Shown in pieces: positions 1 through 11,693 of a stretch of DNA of 64,000 nt (its first letter is position 1; each line of letters begins with the position of its first letter). Source of the DNA: Azolla caroliniana (Eukaryota; Plantae; Polypodiophyta); the NCBI GenBank assembly GCA_043228905.1, contig JBHGNT010000005.1, positions 21,948,001 through 22,012,000 of the forward strand, given 5' to 3'. The translations under genes and the position numbers were made by a program. The notes beneath the pieces were generated by a model. The model did not search any database. It was not told the origin of the DNA and saw only the letters and a program-made list of their open reading frames with translations.

Positions 1-1388
1 GTGGCTCTTTGACTCATTAGTGACTCCCTCTCTCATGTATGCATCAGCGGTTTGGGCCCCAGGACTACCATCTTTCATGTGGACGCAATTAGAGAGACCA
101 TTGGTGATGATGTTATCACGCCAACTCCGAAGCAAATCGTCGGTCCCACATGACATTATTAGGGCTGAGTTCACTCTACCCCCTATGTTAGTAGAAGCAC
201 TTTTTCAACTGGTAGTCTTTATACACAGGATACATAACCAACCACTTGATAGAATATCCCACCAAGCCTTTAAGGCTTCTCGAGCATTGTATGAGTCCGG
301 CTATACTAGCTCATGGTATGGCATGATGGTGAGTTGGCTTCTTGCCAACGGTCTAGACATTACTAACCTCCCCCCCCTTAAGTACGACCACACGAATGAT
401 AACACTTTACTCTCTCATGAGGACCGTAATAAAGTAATACGCCAAGAAATATGGCAAATTTATACCCGGTATAAATGGATCACCCCACTAGAGCCACTCC
501 CATCTAAAATGCCGTACTATAAAGAACACTTTATGCACTTCTCTGAGTTAGGTTTTATCACGCGCCCAAAATATCTAGATGTATTCTTACCACATGCACT
601 AAGGGTTGCCATTGGTCAACTTAGAATATCATCTCACCAACTTGAGATTGAGAATGGACGTACTAATGGAGTCCCTAGGGAGGAAAGGATATGTAGGTTA
701 TGCCACATAGAGATAGAGGATGAGTACCATTTTACATGCAAATGCCCCACCTATGCCGAGATAAGGGCAAAATACCAAGACATACTTGGTTCCTCTCCCA
801 CCCTCCCTAAACTATTAGATACACTAGATATAAAGAAATTAGGTAGATACATCTTAGAATTGAAACACCACAGAGAGAACAAATTACAAAACGTTGATAA
901 TAATGTTGCTAATGTTTACCAACATATAACAAATGAAGTTTTTCAGGAACAGGGGGAGACGATGAATGTCGACACACCTGTACCACTCGGACTTCTCCTT
1001 GATGAAGCAGAAAATCAAAGAAGAACCAAACGCCCTCGGATGCCGGGTTTCAAAGCAACTCGACGAGATGTAGAAGCAATAAAGAAAATAAGGGAACGTG
1101 AACTACACCGCCTAGAAGCCATGGCTAGGGCACTCTATGCATCGGGACCATGGGTCACACCCACACCAAAAACTTTTGACCTCCCACTTCTTTTTGAGAG
1201 ACTTGGGTGGAAATGAGATTAGGCTTAGTGCAAAGTTTTGTACACTACTAGAACTTTCTTAGCTTAAGCTATTTTCTTTTATTTTTAGTTTTGATGATTG
1301 GATAAACACTCATCTTTTGTTGTAACCTATTTGTCTCATGGGCCAAATTTGGCCTTAGAAGACGTTAATATATCTTTCTTTCTTTCTT

Positions 1389-1393
<5 letters not shown>
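1..1393 (+). mobile_element. RTE-X-like LINE, 3' end (5' part lies outside the window)
   Basis: ORF2 C-terminus, ~155-nt 3' UTR, then a (TCTT)n short-repeat tail at ~1373-1393 as expected for RTE-group elements. Confidence 0.7.
2..1216 (+). CDS. 3' part of LINE ORF2 (RTE-X-like), open from the window start; C-terminal CCHC zinc-binding region plus an ~110-aa tail
   Basis: The frame is open from position 2 (WLFDSLVTPSLMYASAVW). Motif LRISSHQLEIENGR...REERICRLC..EDEYHF..KCPTY matches the C-terminus typical of RTE-X-type non-LTR ORF2. No stops until TGA at 1214-1216. Confidence 0.75.
   Translation, partial: WLFDSLVTPSLMYASAVWAPGLPSFMWTQLERPLVMMLSRQLRSKSSVPHDIIRAEFTLPPMLVEALFQLVVFIHRIHNQPLDRISHQAFKASRALYESGYTSSWYGMMVSWLLANGLDITNLPPLKYDHTNDNTLLSHEDRNKVIRQEIWQIYTRYKWITPLEPLPSKMPYYKEHFMHFSELGFITRPKYLDVFLPHALRVAIGQLRISSHQLEIENGRTNGVPREERICRLCHIEIEDEYHFTCKCPTYAEIRAKYQDILGSSPTLPKLLDTLDIKKLGRYILELKHHRENKLQNVDNNVANVYQHITNEVFQEQGETMNVDTPVPLGLLLDEAENQRRTKRPRMPGFKATRRDVEAIKKIRERELHRLEAMARALYASGPWVTPTPKTFDLPLLFERLGWK

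Positions 1394-1426
<33 letters not shown>
1373..1426. repeat. (TCTT)n(TC)n microsatellite
   Basis: Read directly; forms the junction between the RTE-X-like tail and the 3' end of L1 copy A1. Confidence 0.95.
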
Positions 1427-1430
<4 letters not shown>

Positions 1431-3096
1431 GTGAAAACACACAATTATATTAATAAATGTGTGTGAAAAACACTACTTACAATACGTGTGACAATGGAGT
1501 ATGGGCACACACTACATGGGTAGTGGAACATGTTGAATTGCCAATAGGCAAGATGAACACTCCACCGAGGAAAGAATTTCCACTTGTTCCAATAAAGAAA
1601 ATTGCCACATTAGCACTCCCTTCAACTTTCGTAGATATGCTTTCACTCCATGTCTACCATCGAATACAAAAGCGTTGCGCATGTTCCAATTATGACGCAA
1701 TCCCCAATATCTCAGAAATAGGAAAACAATCTCCATCTCTGATTTTGGGTCAACCTATGTAAATTGTGCAAACACCCATTGTCTAGGTGGCAAATAACTC
1801 CGTGATAAAACTTGCCAAATTTGAGAAATGTAACTCCAAATTTGACAAGCAATTGGACATTGTATAAATCGATGAGTATTATCTTCTATCTTAACTGTGC
1901 AAAAGAAGCAGGTACCCGTTGCTAGTCCATGACGCTTTAAAGCTAATCCCAAAGGCAATCCTCCGATCAAAACTCTCCAAATGAATACCTTTGCAACAAG
2001 TGGCAATTTAGAATGCCAACTACATTGTAAGATCTGCCACCACCCATGATCAGATTTGTGTATTTTCCATTCTTCTTCAGCCTTAGATGATAACCATCCA
2101 AGAGACTCAACGGAACAATGATACGAAAGATTAGTAGTCACTTGTAACAATGGTGTTTGACCCCTTAAACTCCAATGAATCCACAGTTGTTCTCCTGTTT
2201 GTAGAGGTAAGGGACCTTGCATCAATGCAATATTCTGTAGTTGTTGCCAAATAAACCCATAATTAGGCGGGATGCGTAATAATTGTCGTGCTTCAATAAA
2301 CTCCAAAATTCTTTGAGATGGAACCTCAACTATATCTCCCACCTCTTTGACCCCCAAACGAAACAAACGATTAAATTGAGAATGCAATCTCTCCTTTCTT
2401 GGCCAACATAATAACTAAGAAGACACAAGTAACTCTTTTTGCAAAGAGTTACAATGCTCTCTACTAGATGATGGTTTCCATACACATAACAAGAGTGCTT
2501 CTTGCCATGAGGTAACTAAGTGTTGAACACATGAAGAACCCGGAATCCTAAGTGAAATACATCCATTCAGTAATTGCCACCATGAAGCCTTAATCGTTGT
2601 CCTCCCATATGTTAAACCTAGGCTTGTTCTCAATGAAATATCGAACAATAGATATCCATGGTTGTGAGTTTGAACACATGTCTTGTAATAATGAAAATCT
2701 ACGAGCCATCATATGCATAGATAAGTTCAATATTCCAACCCCCCCCCCCAATCGCTTAGGGGTTGCTAGATGATTCCAAGCAATCCATGTGATTCCCATC
2801 TTATCCCTCTTCTTCCACAACAAATATCGAAGAGGTTGCAAAACAAAATTCAACACCTTCTTTGTCCATGGCAATAATGGCAAGTAATATAATATCATGG
2901 GTTCCATAATACATTGTACAACCTTCAAGCGAACATGAAAGGGCCAAGATTGTGACTTCCAATACATGAACTTATCCCTCAACTTACTAGACATCCATTC
3001 AATCAATTGACCATTTGTAACATTCATTCCTAATGGATAGCCCAAGTGTCGAAAAATAGAGTCTTTCTTCACCACGGATCCTTGCCATCCTAAACA

Positions 3097-4134
3097 TTAC
3101 AAATCCCTTTCAGTGCATGATATGAGACTAGACTTCCTCCAATTAATATGTAATCCGGAAGCCAATGCAAACTGATTCCACACAAGCATCCCCTTCTCAA
3201 GATTCTCCCGTGAGGCTTGTAAAAACATGAAAGAATCATCCGCCAAAGCTTGTGCTACTATTTGCCCTCCGGACGGAAGGTGCAAACCCACAATGTCACC
3301 ATTTATTGCAAGTCTTGATAGCATCACTAACAAACGATGAGTAACAATAGCAAACAACAATTTGCTAAGAGGGCATCCTTGACGAACAGATCTTGTGAGG
3401 GCAATATTTGATGTAACTCCCCGATTAAGCATTACTCGAGACACTGTATCTTGTCCTAATAAAAATATGAGGCGAGACATACGAGGTCCAAAGCCCATTG
3501 TATGCATTAACCCAGAAACAAAAGACCAATTAACATGATCATAAGCTTTCTCCAAATCTAATTGCACCATAATCAATTCTTGATGAGTGTTCCGAGCATA
3601 ATCCATGGCCATTTGAACGTTCAACACATTATGCAATATATTTCTACCTGCAATAAAACCATATTGGGCGGGGTGTATCAACTTTGGCAAATACTTTTGT
3701 AATCTATTTGCCAAGACCTTCGTAAATATCTTGTACAACCCCCCCATCAAAGAAATAGGTCTCCATTGATGAAATGACTCAAGAGATGCCACCTTTGGAA
3801 CTAGTTTAATTAGACCAATCTTCCAAGCTTGAGGCATACAACTAGAATCCCAAGACTGTTGAAACATCAAAGTCAAGGGCCCCTTTAAAATGTTGGAATA
3901 TCTCTTAAAAACTTCATTTGTCAAGCCATCCCAACCAGGGCTCTTACCACTAGGAAGATGCCTTAAAACTACATCCACCTCATCCTCAGTGAAATCCACA
4001 TCCAATTCATGACTAATGAGATCATGCACAATACATCCAACCACATCATAAAACTCATGACGTGCTCTACTCACCTCTTCTGTCATTAACAATTGTGGAC
4101 CAATCAACTCCTTAAGGTAATGAAGACATGTCAA
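3097..4134 (-). pseudogene. LINE ORF2 reverse transcriptase domain (copy A1)
   Basis: KSPGWDGL, WRPISL, QYGF, DLEKAYDHV, RQGCPLS, LADD motifs. Confidence 0.9.
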
Positions 4135-4477
4135 TTATTGTTGTAGGATCCACTATCAATTCATCCCCTTGCTTCACATGTACCACATTAGATCGAGCAT
4201 AAGTAGGATGTAATGCTTGGAAAAACAAATGAGATTGACATTGATTATCAATGAGTCTTTCCCTGAATTGTTGCATCTTAGCATAACGATAACTTTGGCA
4301 TTGCAACTGAGAAATAATAACATGCAATTGACTCTGAATATCCAACAACTCCTCATCTAATGGTGTATGTATCAATAATGCATTACACCTAGAGAGAACT
4401 TGTGAGAATTGTCGAATAAGACCTCTTCTTCGTTGAGCATTGGTTACTCCATACATACGATGAATGATGTTAATGTT

Positions 4478-5350
4478 TCATAATGTGATATCCCATGCTT
4501 TAACTCCTTTAAGATTCACTTGTTGAGAAAAATTTACCAAAATTTGCTCCATGAGAGAATCAAAGTGAGGTTGAAGCAAAAGAGAAGAGTGAAAGCGTAA
4601 TGGAGGCTTTCCAAGTAAAGATTTATACATGTCAATTGCATGATCACACACCTCCAAGCAAATAGGAAAGTGATCTGAAGTTCCAACATCTTGTAGAACG
4701 TTCATACGAAGTGATGTCGGTAAAAAAGAATCATTGTGCATCACATACATTCTATCTAACCGACTCCATGTTTTTCTATGTTGAGCAGATTGCAAGGTAA
4801 AACCTGGATCATTCCCTTGCAACCATGTCCAAACATCCAACTTCAAAACCTCCATAGCCAATGAGTCCCAAGCAAGTTGCTCAGGATCATCCATGATTGA
4901 ATGTTCAGACGTGGATTGAAATGCATCAACACACATGTTAAAATCGCCCATAAGTAATCTTGGACATCCAATAGATAGGGTTTGAAGGAGTGAACCCCAT
5001 AATGCAATACGTTGAGTGGCTTGGTTAGGGGCATAAATCCCAACCACCCACACAACCTCGCCAAAAAAAGTGATTTCTAGAACCAAAAACCGACCATAAG
5101 GATCATTATGCACCACTTGAGGATAATACTTATCCCTCATGATTAATACCACACCTGAATAATGATTATTAAGAAGTCCTGCATAAAATGATGAATATCC
5201 ACGCAAATGCACCGTGGATCCTGCTAACTCATGACACTTATGCTCACCTGCACATACTACATCCCATTCTCTACTTAACAAAGTTTCCCATAGTATATAC
5301 TTCTTATGAGGAGAACATGCCCCTCTGACATTCCATGTTACCACTTTCAT
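4478..5350 (-). pseudogene. LINE ORF2 apurinic-like endonuclease domain (copy A1)
   Basis: MKVVTWNVRG...LMGDFN...WSRLDR...SDHFPI. Confidence 0.9.
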
Positions 5351-5682
5351 TCAATCAACAATGTTATGGGAGCACTTGCTCCTTTAGAGCAACCGATGTC
5401 ATGAAACTAGTCAAAGCATGCTCCAATGCTGCATATGGATTTTCATGCACCACATCCTTAGGGTTGTCTATCGAAATCTTTTTTTTAGGTCCTCCTGCTT
5501 GATGAAAACCTCGAGAATTCGATGAATTTAAAACTCATTCCAATGAATCAAATTGAAGGTGAAGGGGTAATCCCTCATCCCTAGATTTTTGTTGCCAAGG
5601 AACTTTTCAAGGGCCCTCCCTAGTTCCTAAATTACCTTGCCAAGTAATCACACGAGTAGTGGGCAAGCTACTACGATGCATA

Positions 5683-5687
<5 letters not shown>

Positions 5688-5715
<28 letters not shown>
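5688..5715. repeat. (TC)n microsatellite between L1 copies A1 and A2
   Basis: Read directly. Confidence 0.95.
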
Positions 5716-5719
<4 letters not shown>

Positions 5720-6348
5720 CGTAAATCAGTGTCTGTTATTAAAACAAAATGATAATACACCCCTTGCTATCTTCACTACTTCATAAATAGTGATAGTACA
5801 AGGGAAACCCTCTCAAGTGTTGTAAAACTAGATGACATAATTCTATTCTTGGGATAAGATCCCCATACAACATAGTTGTGAAAATTGCCAAATCAATTTC
5901 CCTTTCATCCTACGGATTTGTTGTGTTATCCCATGAAGTCCATCAAACAAGAACTCATTTCTCATGGTCCAATTAAACCACATCCCCCAATATCGAAGGT
6001 AATAAAAAACCACCTTATATGATGGTGTGGGCATAACTTTATCCTCATCCATAAAAACCCATTTATAAGGTGACAAAATATTCCCTGTTATCGATGCCCA
6101 AATTTTTGACATAATCACCCAAATGGCCTTAGCAACCAAACATGTAATGAACCTATGTCTAGCATCTTCTTCAAACACCGTACAGAAAAAACATGTCCCA
6201 TTTGAAATATGCCTTCGTTTTAAGGCCATCGCCAAAGAAACACATTTGCACAGAATGGAAGATGAGACTGCCATCCTGCATCTAAAACTCTATGCCACCA
6301 CTTTACATTTCTAGTAATGCTTCATGTATCCAACACCTTATTTTCTAA

Positions 6349-6353
<5 letters not shown>
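5716..6353 (-). mobile_element. L1-clade LINE, lineage A copy 2 (heavily 5'-truncated, 3' ~640 bp only)
   Basis: ORF 6274-5843 (GTCFFCTVFEEDARHRFITC...LRYWGMWFNWTMRN) is homologous to the ORF2 C-termini of copies A1 and A3. The 3' end ...ATTTACGAAAA-(GA)n matches the end of copy A3. Confidence 0.88.

Positions 6354-6395
<42 letters not shown>
6354..6395. repeat. (CT)n(AC)n compound microsatellite
   Basis: Read directly; abuts the 5' truncation point of copy A2. Confidence 0.95.
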
Positions 6396-6839
6396 TTTTG
6401 TCTCTTTGATCTTGATCTTTGTTAATTTGCCTTGCTAATCTTTGTCATCAACTTGGTGATCTTCATCACATAATGTTGTTTACAATCCGTATTGATGGCC
6501 TAAGTCTCCAACACTCCCATGTGTTATACCCTCATTCTCAAATTTCCCACCTAATTCACTAGTGAAAAAAAACTTAATTTGTACTATCAAGCTTAGGGTG
6601 AAACGCTCAATGGCCTATTCAAATGCAATTTGCTTCCTTAGCTCCCTGTTCTTTTCACCTTAAAATAGATTTACAACACAATAAGGTTCACCATGTTGAT
6701 CATCCTTCATCTTGATATCTATTTGTATAGTGACAACACAAGATTTGAGAGTAACGTGAACTTTTTGGAGTTCCAAAAGCTCACCTAAGTTATATTCATC
6801 TAATCTTGTGATTGATGGAAGTAAAGCAAGAGGTGGATG

Positions 6840-8201
6840 CCTAGCTCAATCAATGCATCCTATGGAACCCGTGTATTAGAGATGACTCTGGTCAACTAAT
6901 TGGATCAAGTAAGGAGTTGTCATGGGGATGCATTGCAAAAGGTCTTGGAAAAAGTACAGAATGTTGGAGACGGCTTATGTCATTGCCAATACAAGATCAA
7001 GCCAACATATACCATGGAATCAGGGGCAACTAGACTATGAGATCTGAAATTATGAACGATCTATTGCTTAGGACGCCAATGGAGAAGTGGATAGGCTACG
7101 AGGAGGAGGGTTCTTTGATCCCACGAGGTAAGGAAACACCATACATGATCAAAGCCCATGAATTGCGAGACAATGAGACACCAACATTGGATATGGCAAT
7201 TCAAGTACTTGCATATACTCGTCATAAATGGATTGTAGATCGCGATCCAATCAAAGTACAATTAGAATGGCACATATGTACTAATGAAAACACATTGCTA
7301 CGTAAGGTCAATTCGGATCCTTCGCAATGGACGTGGCGCGATCCTTATGCAGCACAAGGACGCAAATACATCCCTTCCTTCCAATTCACGAATAGATTGG
7401 GTCACAACATTGTAGCCGCTCAAACTGCTTGAGAGTTAGTTGTTGCAAAGGTATAACACACATATCATGTTCCTCATACAATTATCACGAAATTTTGGTA
7501 GAAAATCTGGCAACAACATCATGCTAGACGAATTACCACATTCCAATGACTATTAATACATAGGTCCCTATCAGTTGGAGCGTAGTAGTATGGGAACCTT
7601 AGATCTCCTAATTGTGGAGTGTGCCCAAATGCAACAGAATCAATTCGACAAGCTCTATAGGATTACCTAGAGACCCAAATATGGCAAGGGCTTGACCGTC
7701 TATTGCAATTATGCTCGGTGTGAGGCACAATCAATTGGGGAAATGTATGTTGGTTATCATGGCATGCCCCAGTTGACAGGTACATACCATCGACTTTGGT
7801 GATAAAAGCACAAGAGATTATTTTTTCTACGATCGACAATATCCACTCAACCCTTATTAATGCCAAAGCTCAAGTTGTGTTGGAATTGGTCAGCCCAATA
7901 ACTCTTTGGATTCTAGCGGTGTAGACGAATCTTCTCCAACCAAACCGTGCGTCAAGTAATGTTAATGCAAGAGATGTGGAGTGAAGTGGTAGCCACTCTA
8001 AAGAGCCAATACGAGCGGATCCGATGGAGTTGAAAGACAACGATTAGACTTCATCCAACAATGGTCGTCCTCTCCCTTTCTTGAATCAGTGAGAATCCAC
8101 ATAAGATGCAACTATCGCGTCCCTACAGGGATTTGTATATAATACTCTCATTTGTAAACTTTTATAACTAATTGAAAGAGTTTATTAGGGGAAAAAAGAA
8201 G
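6840..8201 (+). mobile_element. L1-clade LINE, lineage B, 5'-truncated copy with target-site duplication
   Basis: Colinear with 40090-41500 (shared MEKWIGYEEEGSLIPR, WRDPYA, ELVSPITLWIL). A-rich tail at ~8191-8200. Flanked by a near-identical 15-mer: AGCAAGAGGTGGATG (6825-6839) and AGCAGGAGGTGGATG (8202-8216). Confidence 0.85.
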
Positions 8202-8417
8202 AGCAGGAGGTGGATGAAGTAGGGTTTGGAGTCAACTCCTTTTCAAATGTCCCAATTCATCCAAATGTTGAACCATGAGTAAACAAGTGAGAAATGTACA
8301 TATATCATAAAATGTGCATTTATGACATACACACAACACAAATATAGACATATTGGTCTTAAGTCTTTTCGAATCATATAAGAAATATTTCTTGTTTATC
8401 TAAATTAATAATTGCTT

Positions 8418-8471
8418 TATGTATATATAGTATATCTATAGATATATATATGTATATATATATATATATAT
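8418..8471. repeat. Imperfect (TA)n microsatellite
   Basis: Read directly. Confidence 0.8.
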
Positions 8472-11400
8472 TCAAATATGTATCTTAGTGTTAAAACAAG
8501 ATAATAACACAACATGTGTTTAATATTTTGTGGTTGGCATTAAGTTATTATTAATGATGTCTTTGGGTTCATGCATACATTCACCGAACGTACCCTAGTA
8601 TTGCATGTATAGTTGACACCTCAAATTAACACATAAGATATCAACCTTCAATCAATGCCTTATTTTAGCGAGAGGTGTGGCTACTTGATCAATGCCAAAG
8701 TTTTAGGCACTCATTTGTAGTGTGAAAAGGTCTAATGGATAGTCACATTGTGACCATAGTGGCACATATATTATCATGGATCTGAAACGCAAACCGCAAT
8801 ATTGACATATGCATTCATGCATGCAAACCACAACATTCATAGGCAAAGCATGAAACATGTATGGTTATGTATGTACTTGAGTGACTAAACGACGCATAAT
8901 TAGAGAGCATTAATGATAGATTAATTAAAGATTATAAATTATCAATCGACAATCGACAATAGGATCAAACGATCATATCATGATCAAATCATGGTTTAAA
9001 TCAAAGATCATGATCAAGATCACGATAATTAATGATTTTCAAAAGTATGCATAATCATTATTTAAATCATGGTTTATAAGGATCGAAAAAACAAATCAAA
9101 CATATCACTTGCTCTTTACATTAAACTAGACATAGCAAATGTTTTGGTGGTATCTTAATATAATCTTATTTATCAAAGTGTTAATAAATCAAGATTAAAA
9201 TATAAAAAGAAAGAAGAAAATCAAATTTTCTTTGTTGTTTCTAGATAGAATAGTAGTCTCATTGATTACTCGAGAATAACATAACAAAAGAAAGAAACAT
9301 TAGTAATACTCTAATGCATAATATTACAAATTGAGCTAATTATGGACAATTTAATAAGAGATTAAGAAAAGAATGGACAACTTAACCAACATTGAACACT
9401 CCCAAATGAGCACTTAAGACTCCCATACTACCATTCATCCCAGACTAACACATGGTGTAGGTCATTATGGCTTTGTCCCAAGTCTTAGGATAATTGGTTT
9501 CCCATTATAACAATGTTGCAACCTATCCACCATGTTGTTTTCACCCTATCATGAGGGAAAGTTGAAGTATTGGATTTTCTATGTCCATTGAACATTCAAA
9601 CATATGCTAGCCAAGCTACTATTCAAGGCTATAAAACTTTGACCATGCTAAAACATGATGCCACTATGCATGCTTTTAGGAAACTTCTAACATCATGGTC
9701 ACCCTTGGCCTCATCTGCAATGTACTCATTTGGGTTCCATGCCTCCAAATCCACATTAAAATCAAATTAGCATCCAATAGTCATGTTGCCATGCATGAAA
9801 CATTGGAAAGCCTCCACTTCAAGAGAGATCATCAAGATAACTATGACACACCCGCCACTATTATAGAACCATGGCAATGTCACTTATGCACTTCATGCTT
9901 GTAAACCCTTCTCAAGAATTATACCATTTGTAAAGCCACCTAGTGCATTAAGTTTCTGCTTTTAATTGCATGATTTGTCTCATGTAGGAACTTTAGCAAA
10001 GCAGAATATAAATCCTTATGTAACATATTAACTAACACTCAAGACATAATGAGGTGGATCAAACCATGTCATGTAGTTTCAATTGTAATGATCTTCACAA
10101 ACTGGACATAATTTCATTTAAAAACACTCAAGACAAGGTTGTCTCATTGGATATCAAATGTTTTCAAATACAACCTTATCACGTATACATAGGCATTATG
10201 TCTTCTATGACTTTGTTGTAAAGCTGACTAGTTTCACCCACATTTTTATGTAATAATAAATGGAACAATAGTGAAATTGTGACATGTGGAACAGTTGCTT
10301 ATCTCTTATAACACTTGCTCTTAATCACTTCCCTCCATCTGTGTCATAATCACTCTATTAGCTGTGTTTACTTACACTTTGCCAGCTATGTACTTGTAAA
10401 TAGTTTAATCAAATGCATTTATTAAAGTAGGCCATAAAGATGAACAAGATATTCTCAATCGTAGAGTAGGCATATCTTTGCTTAAAAAGCAACAAGTTGT
10501 TTTGTTCATGTAACTTGATTCCATATAATGTGATGTCACGTATGAAATGTGCATACTCCAGATCAACAAAGTATGAATGTGCACATATAATGTACAACCA
10601 CATCACGAATACCGAAACCTTGATTTAAAAGAGCCAAACTTAAGTCTCTCTGCATTATTGATAAGCAAAGATAACAAAATACTAAATTAGAGCAACGAAT
10701 TATGTAAAGATGTACACAAAAAAGGATTTGGAATATCATTATATCTTATCAATACTCATTAAATTGGCATAATCATATTAAAAACAGCCTAGTAGTTTGC
10801 CATTACTCAAGGACATCAACCAAATATTTGAATACCTGATGCATAACAAATAATTCACTTTACTTGAATGTCTTGAATGGGCATCTTTGCCAATCAGAAA
10901 ATGTTGCTATTTCTGCTGCAACATCTAGTAATCAACTTGATGCATGATCTTATGTATGGAGTGTATAGAGTAACAAAAAATCAGAGGTTTCCACTTTACA
11001 ACTACAGTAGATTAGAAAATGGAAACACAGTAGTTGATGGATTTTAAAGTTAAGTCTTTAGATCATGAAGTAAATTATCGAATGTAGCTAATATTGTTTA
11101 TTTGGAAGTTTGGTCCATATACCTCAGAACAACTTGACAACTTTAGGAGAGAGTAACCTGTCTAGTGTCACAAACTGATCTGAAATTTGTAGATTCAGTC
11201 CAGACATGGCAAACGGCCCAAACCATGAACAAGTTTAAGTGCTAATACAAATTATTGCCATTGTGACACCACCAAAATAAAAAGACAAATCCACGACAAA
11301 AAAACAAGCTCTGATATTATCATTTTCTCATTACACACCAAATATACTCTAGCCAAAGGTTCTGATAAATAAGAGAATTAACTATTGAAATGCCTACCTC

Positions 11401-11693
11401 AGATTTGTACTAGTCTGATATATGGGGAGAACAGCGTCGTTTTCTCTGTAATGATGTATATACATCTCATTTGACGCTCTCCAATTCAATGTATTCCAAG
11501 ATAGAAGACTTGGGGCATACCGATTTTGTGAGGCATTATACAAAGTTTCAAACTGATGCAGGGATTCTAAGTTACCCTAACACAAAATCGTTGAATGATC
11601 ACACAAACAAAACCTGTGCACACCCTTACAAAAAAAGGAGAATTTAGGACCAATGCTGGTGAGATAGAGAACATTAAACGTTCATCAGATGTA

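Larger units (their letters stand above)
1427..5687 (-). mobile_element. L1-clade LINE, lineage A copy 1 (5'-truncated inside ORF1, decayed)
   Basis: ORF1 tail at ~5351-5687. APE endonuclease 5350-4478 (TWNVRG, GDFN, SRLDR, SDHFP). RT 4134-3097 (QLDLEKAYD, RQGCPLS, ADD). zf-RVT-like CFFC..E..H.F..C at ~1920-1850. Several stops and frameshifts. (GA)n on both sides of the sense strand. Confidence 0.92.

Noticed and set aside
8220-11600. Possible small gene downstream of CLASP
   Set aside because: Only short ORFs with no homology cues or consistent exon structure; likely 3' UTR plus decayed intergenic DNA.
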